DNA from: Chloroflexota bacterium
Lineage (GTDB): Bacteria; Chloroflexota; Dehalococcoidia; GIF9; UBA5629
Direction of reading: 5' to 3'
Assembly (NCBI GenBank): GCA_016875875.1
Contig: VGOP01000006.1
Location: 72,773 to 136,772, forward strand
Length of the DNA: 64,000 bases
The notes below the pieces were generated by a model, which saw nothing but the letters and a program-made list of their open reading frames with translations, searched no databases and was not told where the DNA came from. This document shows positions 10,287 to 19,249 of this stretch, piece by piece; position 1 is the first letter of the stretch, and each line of letters begins with the position of its first letter. A program made the position numbers and the translations under genes.

Positions 10287-10316
10287 TTGCCAGTGCGACC
10301 TCTACAAGGCTATAAT
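10287..10316 (+). promoter_or_regulatory. sigma70-type promoter candidate for the USP gene
   Basis: TTGCCA (10287-10292), an 18-nt spacer, then TATAAT (10311-10316). AAGGAGG precedes the ATG at 10346. Confidence 0.5.
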
Positions 10317-10345
10317 GCAAGACACATCAGGATTAAGGAGGCATA

Positions 10346-11227
10346 ATGGCATACAGAAGAGTGCTCGTCCCCTTAGACGGCTCCGAACTGGCAGAACGAG
10401 CTATCCCCTACGCTAAGACCATTGCCAGAATCAAGGGCAGCGAGTTAATACTGTTTACAGTTAGCATTGCTGCTGTCGAGCAGTTGGACCGCCCCATGAA
10501 AGCTTATCTGGAGCTCAACGCACAGGAGCTACAGTCGCAGGGTATCAAAGCATCTACAGCTATTGCCTATGGCAACGTAGCGGATGAGATTATTAGCTTC
10601 GCCGACAAGAACAATATTGACCTTATAATCATCTCCACCCATGGATACTCTGGAATCAAGCGCTGGGTGCTAGGAAGCGTAGCTCGAAAGGTGCTCTACG
10701 GCACCTGCGTTCAAGTGCTGCTGATAAAGTCAAAGGCACCGAAAGCCTCCCAGGTAGAATTGAAAAAGTTATTACTTCCCCTGGATGGCTCACCTTTCTC
10801 CGAGGCCCCTATTCCTTTTATTGAGGAACTTACAAAAGGAACTGAGGCAGAGATTGTTCTAACTGTAGTCTGCGAGCCCCCACTAGTGCCTTCTTATGGG
10901 GACCGCCCCATCAACCCGACTTGGGAAAAGCACCGGGATAAACTGTGGACAGAGACACAACAGCAGGCTTCAGAATACCTGAAAAAGGTAAAAACCAGAC
11001 TTGAAAAACAGGGGATAAAGGTAAAGTCACAAGCTATACCAGGTGACCTCGGGAAGGTAGCAGAGAGCATCATGCAAGTAGCTCAGAAAGAGAAGGTCAA
11101 CTTGATAGCCATGACCACCCAAGGACGCACCGGAATCAGCCGCTGGGTCTATGGCAGCGTAGCTACTAGAATTGTGGAGGAATCGCTGCAGCCGGTTATG
11201 CTCATCCGCCCATCCGTGCCTAAGTAG
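10346..11227 (+). CDS. tandem universal stress protein (two UspA domains)
   Basis: Two repeats of the USP pattern: VLVPLDGSELAERA...STHGYSGIKRWVLGSVARKV, and LLLPLDGSPFSE...TTQGRTGISRWVYGSVATRI. Confidence 0.9.
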   Translation: MAYRRVLVPLDGSELAERAIPYAKTIARIKGSELILFTVSIAAVEQLDRPMKAYLELNAQELQSQGIKASTAIAYGNVADEIISFADKNNIDLIIISTHGYSGIKRWVLGSVARKVLYGTCVQVLLIKSKAPKASQVELKKLLLPLDGSPFSEAPIPFIEELTKGTEAEIVLTVVCEPPLVPSYGDRPINPTWEKHRDKLWTETQQQASEYLKKVKTRLEKQGIKVKSQAIPGDLGKVAESIMQVAQKEKVNLIAMTTQGRTGISRWVYGSVATRIVEESLQPVMLIRPSVPK

Positions 11228-11277
11228 CCTTCAGCCTAAGTACTTCTGGCTAGCATGCCCATCCTCAGCAGTTAATA

Positions 11278-12873
11278 TCATGCTGCCGCCTCAATCACTA
11301 CTGCCGTGCCTTTGCCAGACCTAGACTTTATTCTCAGGCTGCCACCCACCAACTGGATACGCTCTTGCATCCCAGCCAAGCCCAATCTACCTTGCTTCAC
11401 CAAGTCGCCGGTTGTTTCTGGAAGGTCGAATCCCTTGCCATTGTCCTTGACAGTTATTCTAATTTTCCCATCGCCGAACTCCACTGCGACCACAGCACTA
11501 GTCGCCTGAGCATGCCTCAAGGCATTTCTCAATGCTTCCTGGGCAACACGAAAAAGCACAAGCTCCACTTCGGAGGAAAATCTTCGGCTAACACCATGTA
11601 TACTAAACTTGACATTTATCCCTGAGCGTTTTCCTACGTCGGAGGCTAACCATTCTAGCGCTGGTACCAAGCCCAAGCGATCTAACGCTGGAGGACGCAA
11701 GTCCTGGCTTAACCGCCTCACATCTGCCATTATGTTGTTGATCTGCCCCCTCAAGATCTCCAATAGGATTCTCTTGTATTCAGACAACCCCTTATCACTG
11801 GAAGCAATATCATCTAGCTGACGCGCCAGGACAACCAAGGACTGAATGGTCTCATCGTGAAGTTCTCGAGCAATACGTTTTCTTTCTTCCTCTTGAGCCA
11901 TAGTGATTTGGCCTAAGTAAAAGCGTAAGCTCTCCTGCATTCGTTTCTCCTGGGTAACATCCCTGGCAATGTGCTGGAAACCAACAGGGCTTCCATCAAC
12001 TCCAACCAAGTTAGTAGTTAGCTTCAAAATAGCCTCAGCCCCTTCTTTTGTAATTAATCTCTGCTCATAAGGTTGAGCAACAGGCTCTCCTTGAAGCAGC
12101 CTTGCTCTAATATCTTTAGCTAGGTTCAAGCTTCCTTCAGAAAGGAAAGATTTAACATTCATGCAGCATAACTCCCCTACTTCGTATCCCGTAAGTCTGG
12201 CAGCTGCTGCATTAGATGACACAATATTTCCATCCATGTCATGAACCCAGATAGCGTCATGGGCATTCTGGAATAGCTCTCGATACCTTTCCTCAGATGC
12301 TCGCAATTGCTCTGCGACTTTATGCTCCTGTTCATAAAGGCGGGCATTTTCAATAGCAACGCCAATCTGGTTGCCTATAGCAGCAAGCAATTCCACCTCG
12401 TCTCGATTAAATTGACGGTGTCGATGCATAGCCACACAAATAGTACCCATGACCTTACCTTTGGATTCCAAAGGCACGATAATTTGAGACCGTATTTCTT
12501 CTTCCTTAACCGCCATTTTAGTCAATCTATTATCTTTTGAGGCGTCTTTTATAAACGTTGGCTCCCCAGTCTGAGCGACCATCCCGTTTAAACCATCACC
12601 CAGTTTCAGTCTGTTAACACTCTGGACAAATGAGTCTGAAACTCCTCTGTGGGCACTAAGAACAAGCTCGCCAGCTTCATTATCCAGAAGAAATATCAAT
12701 ACAACATCAACATTCATCACATCGATGATGCTATCGATGCTGCTGTTCAGAATCTGTTTTAAGTCCAGCGACTGAGAGACTACACTTGAGATGTAATTGA
12801 TAGCCGCAAGTCGGAGGTGGTGTTCACGCTGCCCACCCAACGATTTGAAGCCAAAAACCCGGCCTAGAAACAA
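11278..12873 (-). CDS. sensor histidine kinase (GAF-PAS-HisKA_3-HATPase)
   Basis: N-terminal GAF-like region, a PAS region (ERYRELFQNAHDAIWVHDMDG), the NarX-type H-box RIARELHDETIQSL, and an ATPase G-boxes region (DNGKGF...GLAGMQER...GKGT). Confidence 0.9.
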   Translation of the reverse strand: MFLGRVFGFKSLGGQREHHLRLAAINYISSVVSQSLDLKQILNSSIDSIIDVMNVDVVLIFLLDNEAGELVLSAHRGVSDSFVQSVNRLKLGDGLNGMVAQTGEPTFIKDASKDNRLTKMAVKEEEIRSQIIVPLESKGKVMGTICVAMHRHRQFNRDEVELLAAIGNQIGVAIENARLYEQEHKVAEQLRASEERYRELFQNAHDAIWVHDMDGNIVSSNAAAARLTGYEVGELCCMNVKSFLSEGSLNLAKDIRARLLQGEPVAQPYEQRLITKEGAEAILKLTTNLVGVDGSPVGFQHIARDVTQEKRMQESLRFYLGQITMAQEEERKRIARELHDETIQSLVVLARQLDDIASSDKGLSEYKRILLEILRGQINNIMADVRRLSQDLRPPALDRLGLVPALEWLASDVGKRSGINVKFSIHGVSRRFSSEVELVLFRVAQEALRNALRHAQATSAVVAVEFGDGKIRITVKDNGKGFDLPETTGDLVKQGRLGLAGMQERIQLVGGSLRIKSRSGKGTAVVIEAAA

Positions 12874-12940
12874 CCCTCACTCACCCCCCAAAGGGCTCTT
12901 TTCACAACAATATATCCCAGTCATTCGGAGGCCACAATCC

Positions 12941-13606
12941 TCAGGACACATCATCGAGAGTGACCCAACCTTCCTTCAAGGCATGTACTACAGCCTCAGT
13001 ACGTGAGCCAACCCGAAGCTTATTGAAGATATTTGCCAAGTGCCCCTGCACAGTGCGTACACTTAAGCAAAGCTCATCGGCAATATCCTTGTTGCCCAAA
13101 CCTCTGGTTACCAGCTTCAACACCTCCATCTCTCGCTCGGTGAGCAGTTCCAAGGTTTTCTTTTCACGTGGCTTGCTGGAAACGTTGGCGAACCGGTTTA
13201 GAACTTTACGGGCGACTGAGGGATGAAGCACCGACTCCCCAGCATGTACCGCCCGAATAGCGTCGACTATCTCATGACCACGAACGCTCTTCAACATGTA
13301 ACCAGCAGCCCCTGCCTCCAGCAAACCGAAGACAAATTGATCATCGTCATAGGCACTAAGCACTAGCACCGCTACAGTGGGGCATAGAGCTTTTATCTGT
13401 CTGGTCGCCTCAATGCCATCTAGTTTGGGCATGGCGACATCAACTAAAGCAACATCTGGCTTTAAGTCGGAGGCAAGTCTCACTGCTTCCTCGCCATCCC
13501 CAGCCTCAGCCACTACTTCCAAATCCGACTCCTGCTCCAGAATGCGGCGTGTGCCCTCACGGACAAATGCGTGGTCATCTGCAATCAAAATCTTTATCGT
13601 TTTCAA
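12941..13606 (-). CDS. NarL/LuxR-family response regulator
   Basis: Receiver domain (ILIADDH...DVAMPKLDG...SAYDD) plus a LuxR HTH (LTEREMEVLKLVTRGLGNKDIADELCLSVRTVQGHLANIFNKL). Confidence 0.95.
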   Translation of the reverse strand: MKTIKILIADDHAFVREGTRRILEQESDLEVVAEAGDGEEAVRLASDLKPDVALVDVAMPKLDGIEATRQIKALCPTVAVLVLSAYDDDQFVFGLLEAGAAGYMLKSVRGHEIVDAIRAVHAGESVLHPSVARKVLNRFANVSSKPREKKTLELLTEREMEVLKLVTRGLGNKDIADELCLSVRTVQGHLANIFNKLRVGSRTEAVVHALKEGWVTLDDVS

Positions 13607-13694
13607 ATAATGTCTCTCCCACCTGGGTTCATTATATCAGACCATTGCCCAAAATTAACCACAAATCCGCCTCAGTCTAGGTATAATTGCCTGC

Positions 13695-13712
13695 TGTCAG
13701 AGTCATCTGACA
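13695..13712. promoter_or_regulatory. perfect 7-4-7 inverted repeat in the divergent RR / hdrC intergenic region (operator candidate)
   Basis: TGTCAGA-gtca-TCTGACA. It lies within the 381-bp ORF-poor spacer between 13606 and 13988. Confidence 0.3.
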
Positions 13713-13987
13713 AGCTTTCCGTACAAATAAAAACAAGCATTATTACGGAGGCAAATCTGCTGGCAGATATGATAACCTGACGCTGGGGGCAAGATAAGCA
13801 GTAACTCACCAGCAGCAACAAAAATAAAAAATGACCTGAAGATCAGACTTAGCTCCAAATCTCTTACCTGCTTCTATTCATTATATACGGTGCGACATTC
13901 TAAGTCGAGAGAAGTAAGAGCAAACATAGTCCGTTCCTCATTTTATTTAAAACTGGAAAAGAATTATAATAATGCAAAGGTAGGTGC

Positions 13988-14563
13988 ATGATGGAGATAA
14001 GAAAAGAAGGCAGCAACGATTTTATTCAAGAAATTTCATCCATGCCCGGCGGCGAAAAAATCAACCTTTGCATCCAATGTGGCACTTGCTCTGCATCCTG
14101 CCCCAATGCCAACAAAATGGACTATACACCACGCGAACTAATTGCCATGGCACGGGCTGGTATGCGAGATGAGGTTCTATCCAGCAACTCAATGTGGCTT
14201 TGCTTATCCTGTTATCTCTGCACCGTGCGCTGTCCCAGAGGAATCGTACCGACCTACATCATGCATGCTCTGGAGTCTCTGGCCATGCGTCATCATCTGA
14301 GCACGAAACGAACGCGCACGCCGATCCTGTACAAAGTCTTTAGCGATACTGTCTATAATGTCGGCATGATTCCCCGTTTTGGCTGCATGAGCCGGTTTTA
14401 TCTCAATGTGAACCCATTTGGTGCTCTAAAGGCAGTACCGGTAGCGCTTGGCCTGCTCCGGCATGGGCGCCTGCAGCTCAAATCCAAGACACTGAAACCA
14501 CAGGCAAAACACCAGCTCCAAACGATTCTAGACAAGGCAAAGGCATTTGGAGGCGCATCATGA
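13988..14563 (+). CDS. hdrC: heterodisulfide reductase subunit C
   Basis: Two ferredoxin-type motifs, CIQCGTCSASCP and CLSCYLCTVRCP. It is 191 aa and is followed by hdrB with a 4-nt overlap. Confidence 0.9.
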   Translation: MMEIRKEGSNDFIQEISSMPGGEKINLCIQCGTCSASCPNANKMDYTPRELIAMARAGMRDEVLSSNSMWLCLSCYLCTVRCPRGIVPTYIMHALESLAMRHHLSTKRTRTPILYKVFSDTVYNVGMIPRFGCMSRFYLNVNPFGALKAVPVALGLLRHGRLQLKSKTLKPQAKHQLQTILDKAKAFGGAS

Positions 14564-15435
14564 AATATTATAGTTACTTCCCTGGCTGCTGTATGCACGA
14601 TGACAGCCCGATGTACGACACGTCGGCCAGAGCTGTCGCCCAAGTTTTGGATATGGAACTCATCGAGCTTGATGACTGGAATTGTTGTGGTTCCACACCC
14701 TACACAGTTGTTGACGAATTGTCTGCCTTTTGCTGCTGCGCCCGCAACTTGGCACTGGCTGAAAAAAGAGGCTTTGACCTGGTGGCAGCCTGTAGCGACT
14801 GCTACCTCATACTTAATAGGACCGACCAGCACTTCAAGGAATACCCGGAGATAAAAACCAGAATAAACGAAGCCCTCGCCGCTGGTGGGCTGGAATATCA
14901 TGGGACTGTCAGGGTACGACATATCCTCGATGTCTTTGCCAATGATGTCAGCAGTGAGGACATCAAAGCCAAGGTCAAAGTGGACCTCGGTGGGTTGAAA
15001 GTAGCTCCTTATTATGGCTGCCAGGTAGTGCGGCCGACACCTAACTTCGATGATCCAGAATATCCTCAATCACTGGAGCACCTGATAGAAGGCTTAGGAG
15101 CCGAAGCTGTACCCTATCCGTTGAAAACTCGCTGCTGTGGTGGTTCCCTGATACTATCCGAAGAGAGTATAGCGCTAGGATTAATGCACAAGCTACTCGA
15201 TAACGCGTTAAGCAACGGCACCGAGTGCATTGTGACCGTATGCCCATTCTGCCAACTAAATCTGGATGCTTACCAAAGCATGGTCAACAGGAAGTTCAAG
15301 ACAAATTTCAACCTGCCTATTTTGTTCTTCACCCAGCTCATGGGTATAGCCTTTGGAATCGAGAGCAAAGCTGTAGGTCTGAAATATAACATAGTTCCAG
15401 CCGATAAAGTATTAGCCTCATATGTCAGAAAATGA
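14560..15435 (+). CDS. hdrB: heterodisulfide reductase subunit B
   Basis: Two CCG domains (DDWNCCGS..., ...[15 protein letters not shown]). 291 aa. Confidence 0.9.
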   Translation: MKYYSYFPGCCMHDDSPMYDTSARAVAQVLDMELIELDDWNCCGSTPYTVVDELSAFCCCARNLALAEKRGFDLVAACSDCYLILNRTDQHFKEYPEIKTRINEALAAGGLEYHGTVRVRHILDVFANDVSSEDIKAKVKVDLGGLKVAPYYGCQVVRPTPNFDDPEYPQSLEHLIEGLGAEAVPYPLKTRCCGGSLILSEESIALGLMHKLLDNALSNGTECIVTVCPFCQLNLDAYQSMVNRKFKTNFNLPILFFTQLMGIAFGIESKAVGLKYNIVPADKVLASYVRK

Positions 15436-15448
15436 TAAGGAGGAGCGA

Positions 15449-17410
15449 ATGGAGCCGAAAATAGGTGTCTATATCTGCCACTGCGGAGCCAATATCGCCG
15501 CCACAGTTGATGTCGAGAAAGTAACTGAGTCCGCCAAAAGCTTACCATCGGTATTTGTGGCCAGAGATTACAAATTCGTGTGCTCGGACCCAGGACAAGA
15601 GCTGATAAAGAATGACATCAAAGAACTGGGACTTAACCGCATTGTGGTGGCCTCATGTTCACCAAGATTGCATGAACAAACTTTCAGACGAACATTAGCC
15701 AGTGCCGGTCTGAATCCATACCTTTTCGAGATGGCAAATATCCGTGAGCACTGCTCCTGGGTACATGAGGACGGTGGAAGAGCAACTGAGAAAGCCAAGG
15801 CGCTTGTCAGCGCTGCAGTAAGGCGAGTTGCTCACCACATACCACTGGAAACTAAAGAAGTTCCGTTTAATCCTAACACGTTGGTAGTCGGCGGAGGCAT
15901 TGCTGGTATACAGGCAGCGCTGGAGATCGCCGACTCGGGCCATAAAGTCTATCTGGTAGAGCGGGAACCTTCGATCGGCGGCCACATGGCTCAACTCGAT
16001 AAAACCTTTCCCACCTTAGACTGTTCCGCCTGAATACTCACACCTAAGATGGCCTCGGTGAGGTCACACGAAAACATCGAGATGATGACTTATAGCGAAG
16101 TCATGGAAGTTTCAGGCTATGTGGGTAACTTCAAGGTCAAGATTAGAAAGAAGCCACGCTACATAGACGAAAGCAAATGCACCGGCTGTGGCACCTGCCA
16201 GGATAAATGCCCCATGAAAGCAGACAGCGAATTCGATTTTGGGATTGGCACAAGAAAGGTAATATATACACCATTCCCGCAGGCGGTACCAAATATCCCG
16301 ATAATTGACCGAGAGCGTTGCACCTATTTCCTCAAAGGCAAGTGTAGAGCCTGCGAGAAATTTTGCGAGGCCAAGGCAATTGACTTCGAGCAGACAGAGA
16401 AGATAATCGACCTGGATGTGGGCTCGATCATCGTTGCTACAGGCTTCGATTCCTTTGATCCCTCCCCAATGTCTCAATTCGGTTATGGACGATACGATGA
16501 CGTTATCACCGGCTTCCAGTTCGAGAGAATGAGCAGTGCTTCGGGACCCACCGGAGGTAAGATATTGCTCAAAGACGGCTCAGAGCCACGAAGCATAGCC
16601 ATACTGCACTGCATTGGCAGCCGCGACCTCAACTATCACGAATATTGCTCTCGTGTCTGCTGCATGTATTCGCTCAAGTTCGCTCACCTAATTAGGGAAA
16701 AAATCCACGACGCCGAAATCTATGACCTTTACATTGACCTCCGCTGCTTCGGCAAAGGCTACGAGGAATTCTACAACCGCCTTCAGGAGGAGGGGGTCAA
16801 CTTCATCAGGGGCCGTGCTGGAGAGGTTACCGATGTAGCCGAAACTCCCGAAGAAAAGGGAAGACTCGTGGTTCTCTGTGAAGACACCTTAATCGGTCGG
16901 CAACGGCGCCTTCCCGTTGACATGGTAATTCTGAGCAATGCCTTGGAGCCTCGTTCTGATGCCAAAGAGGTAGCCAAGCTCTTTTCTATCAGCCGAAGCA
17001 GAGATGGCTTCTTCCTGGAGAAGCATCCCAAGCTTGACCCCGTGGCCACAACAACAGATGGCGTTTTCGTCACCGGTTGCTGTCAGGGACCAAAAGACAT
17101 TCCCGACACCGTAGCCCAGGCCTCAGCCGCCGCCGCCCGTGTCATGGCCATGATATGCAAAGGCAGTGTTGAGATTGAGGCAGCTACTGCGGTTATCGAA
17201 GAGGAGTTCTGTTCCGGATGCAAGACTTGCATTTCGCTCTGCCCTTATAATGCGATTTCCTTCAACGAGGATAAGAAAGTATCTATTATCAACGAAGCTC
17301 TATGCAAAGGTTGCGGCACCTGTACTGCCGCCTGCCCCAGCGGAGCTATCACCAGCCGACATTTCACCGTTAAGCAGATTATGGCACAGCTGGAAGGAGT
17401 GATGATATGA
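15449..17410 (+). CDS. hdrA: heterodisulfide reductase subunit A, selenocysteine-containing (in-frame TGA at 16031..16033)
   Basis: Track ORFs 15422..16033 and 16049..17410 share one frame and are separated only by a TGA. The joined protein reads ...[27 protein letters not shown]. It is collinear with the Cys paralogue at 19250 (...[27 protein letters not shown]). Both are 653 aa. The start is the ATG at 15449 behind AAGGAGGAG. Confidence 0.9.
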
Positions 17411-17814
17411 GCTACGAGCCAAAGATAGTCGGATTCTTATGCAATTGGTGCTCTTATGCAGCCGCCGATTTGGCAGGCACCTCCCGGAAAAAATATGCGC
17501 CTAATGTACGCGTAATCCGAGTTATGTGCAGCGGTCGTGTCGAGCCCACCTTTATCCTCAAAGCTTTCCAGTTGGGTGCAGACGGTGTGCTCGTATGCGG
17601 CTGACATCCCGGCGAATGTCATTACCTGGAAGGTAATGTAAAGGAAGCCCGCAGGATACCCTTGCTCAAGAAAATGCTAGGTCAACTCGGCATCGAAGAG
17701 GAGCGGCTTAGGCTGGACTGGGTCTCAGCCTCAGAAGGCGACCGCTTTGCTTCCATTGTCGATGATATGACTGATCAAATAAGAAAGCTTGGCCCTTTTA
17801 GCCAAAATGGCTGA
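17407..17814 (+). CDS. mvhD: MvhD/VhuD-like [2Fe-2S] subunit, selenocysteine-containing (in-frame TGA at 17602..17604)
   Basis: The ORF stops at ...DGVLVCG-TGA. My read-through translation continues [69 protein letters not shown] (stop 17812-17814). This matches the paralogue at 21208 (...[17 protein letters not shown]...[29 protein letters not shown]). The TGA aligns with Cys67 of the paralogue. Confidence 0.9.
17620..17638 (+). promoter_or_regulatory. candidate bacterial SECIS hairpin for the mvhD UGA
   Basis: CAUUACC-UGGAA-GGUAAUG: a perfect 7-bp stem with a 5-nt loop. It starts 16 nt 3' of the UGA at 17602. Confidence 0.6.
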
Positions 17815-17868
17815 CGTTTCTTTCTAGCCCAACGGTTTTTAGTTTCAAATAGTATCCTCCTTTTAGCC

Positions 17869-17884
17869 TGAGGCTCTAGCCTCA
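17869..17884. repeat. GC-rich palindromic hairpin, member of a recurring TGAGGC/CGAGGC...GCCTCG family
   Basis: TGAGGC-TCTA-GCCTCA, ~55 nt downstream of the mvhD(Sec) stop. Related copies are at 56307, 57571 and 61470. Confidence 0.5.
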
Positions 17885-17975
17885 ACTAGTTTGGCATCGT
17901 TTCGCTCAGAATAACAAAGGGCCAAAGCCAAACCGTTTCCTTTTAAAAAAACTTGCGTAAAACTACCTAAAAAAC

Positions 17976-17992
17976 TTGCCTGAAACAGGCAA
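17976..17992. promoter_or_regulatory. perfect 7-3-7 inverted repeat upstream of the second hdr/mvh cluster (operator candidate)
   Basis: TTGCCTG-aaa-CAGGCAA. AAAAACTTGC occurs twice just upstream of and into it. A TTGCAA-N18-TATCAT promoter-like pair follows at about 18010-18039. Confidence 0.35.
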
Positions 17993-18078
17993 AATCCCCG
18001 TGTTTCCGCTTGCAAGGAATTCCCAATATGTTGTATCATATTGCGATTTCCAAACTCGAGAGAAAGGAAGGATTCGTT

Positions 18079-19233
18079 ATGGAAGCAGTAGTACCCTTGA
18101 AAGAAACCACCGATATCATTTTAGAGGAGGGGGGCAACCCCCTTGAATTATGTTATCAATGTGGTCTATGCACCGGCGTCTGTCCCTGGAACATGGTAAG
18201 AGACTTCACTCTGCGCAAGTTGATTCATAAGACGCAGATGGGCCTGATTGATTTCGAAGATGAAGACCTGTGGAGATGCACCAACTGCTACGCTTGCGTC
18301 AAGCGGTGTCCTCGTGGTGTGGAAGTGCCACACATCATGAGGGCTATGCGCAGAGTCATTATGGAGGTGGGCGCAGGCAAAGCCCCCGAATCGTTCCGTA
18401 TTACAGTTAAAAACATCGCCAGTGTGGGCAACCCGCTCGGCGAACCACCAGAGAAGCGAATAGATTGGGCAAAATTCCTTGGGGTTAAGACCTTCACTAA
18501 AGGAACCGAGTATCTATACTTCCCCTGCTGTTACCAGGCCTACGACCTCGCTATCCAGAGAGTGCTCCGGGCAGCAGTCTATATCATGAACAAAGCCAAT
18601 GTAGACTTCGGTATCTCAGATAGCAGGGTAGTCTGCTGCGGCGAAAGTGTACGCAACGGAGGTGCCCAAAGCTTATGGAATAACTTGGCTCAGACTAATA
18701 TTAAGACCTTTGCCGAACTTGGGGTTAAAAAGATTGTGGTCACCTCCCCACACTGCTATCTTGCTTTCAAGAATGACTACCCCGAGCTCGGAGGCAATTT
18801 CGAGGTAATTCATATTATGCAATTATTGGCCGAGCTGATTAAGGACGGAAAATTGAAGTTCACAAAACCAGTGAACAAAAAGGTTACTTTGCATGACACC
18901 TGCTGTGTCGGACGCAGAGAGGGCATGTATGATGAACCCAGGTTGGTTCTAAACAGTATCCCCGGCCTGGAACTGGTCGAGATGAGGGATTCTCGTGAGT
19001 ATTCCCTATGTTGTGGCGGTGGTTGTATGGGAAGAATCTGGATGGAAACCAAAAAGGGAGAGAGGTTTTCTGACATCAGACTGGAGCAAGCTCTCGAGAC
19101 GGGAGCCAACACCTTAGCCATCTACTGCCCTTACTGCATGCTCAATTTCGATGATACTGTACTGGTCATGGACAAGGCTGGCGAAATCGAAATCAAAGAT
19201 GTTTTAGAGCTGGCCTCAGAGGCATTGGAATAA
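18079..19233 (+). CDS. fused HdrC/HdrB-like (HdrD-type) iron-sulfur CCG-domain protein
   Basis: N-terminal CYQCGLCTGVCPW and CTNCYACVKRCPRG (HdrC-like), followed by CCG motifs (VVCCGES, SLCCGGGC, CPYCMLN). The start is the ATG at 18079 behind AAGGAAGGA. Confidence 0.85.
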   Translation: MEAVVPLKETTDIILEEGGNPLELCYQCGLCTGVCPWNMVRDFTLRKLIHKTQMGLIDFEDEDLWRCTNCYACVKRCPRGVEVPHIMRAMRRVIMEVGAGKAPESFRITVKNIASVGNPLGEPPEKRIDWAKFLGVKTFTKGTEYLYFPCCYQAYDLAIQRVLRAAVYIMNKANVDFGISDSRVVCCGESVRNGGAQSLWNNLAQTNIKTFAELGVKKIVVTSPHCYLAFKNDYPELGGNFEVIHIMQLLAELIKDGKLKFTKPVNKKVTLHDTCCVGRREGMYDEPRLVLNSIPGLELVEMRDSREYSLCCGGGCMGRIWMETKKGERFSDIRLEQALETGANTLAIYCPYCMLNFDDTVLVMDKAGEIEIKDVLELASEALE

Positions 19234-19249
19234 TCAAAAGGAGGAAAGA

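Noticed and set aside
14398-15069. 223-aa minus-strand ORF overlapping hdrC/hdrB
   Set aside because: It is antisense to two motif-rich Hdr genes and has no recognisable motifs.
16031-16033. Reading the TGA in hdrA (and the one at 17602 in mvhD) as genuine stops or pseudogene lesions
   Set aside because: Both flanks are collinear with intact paralogues. Each TGA aligns exactly with a Cys, and both families are known selenoproteins. This still requires Sec machinery elsewhere in the genome.
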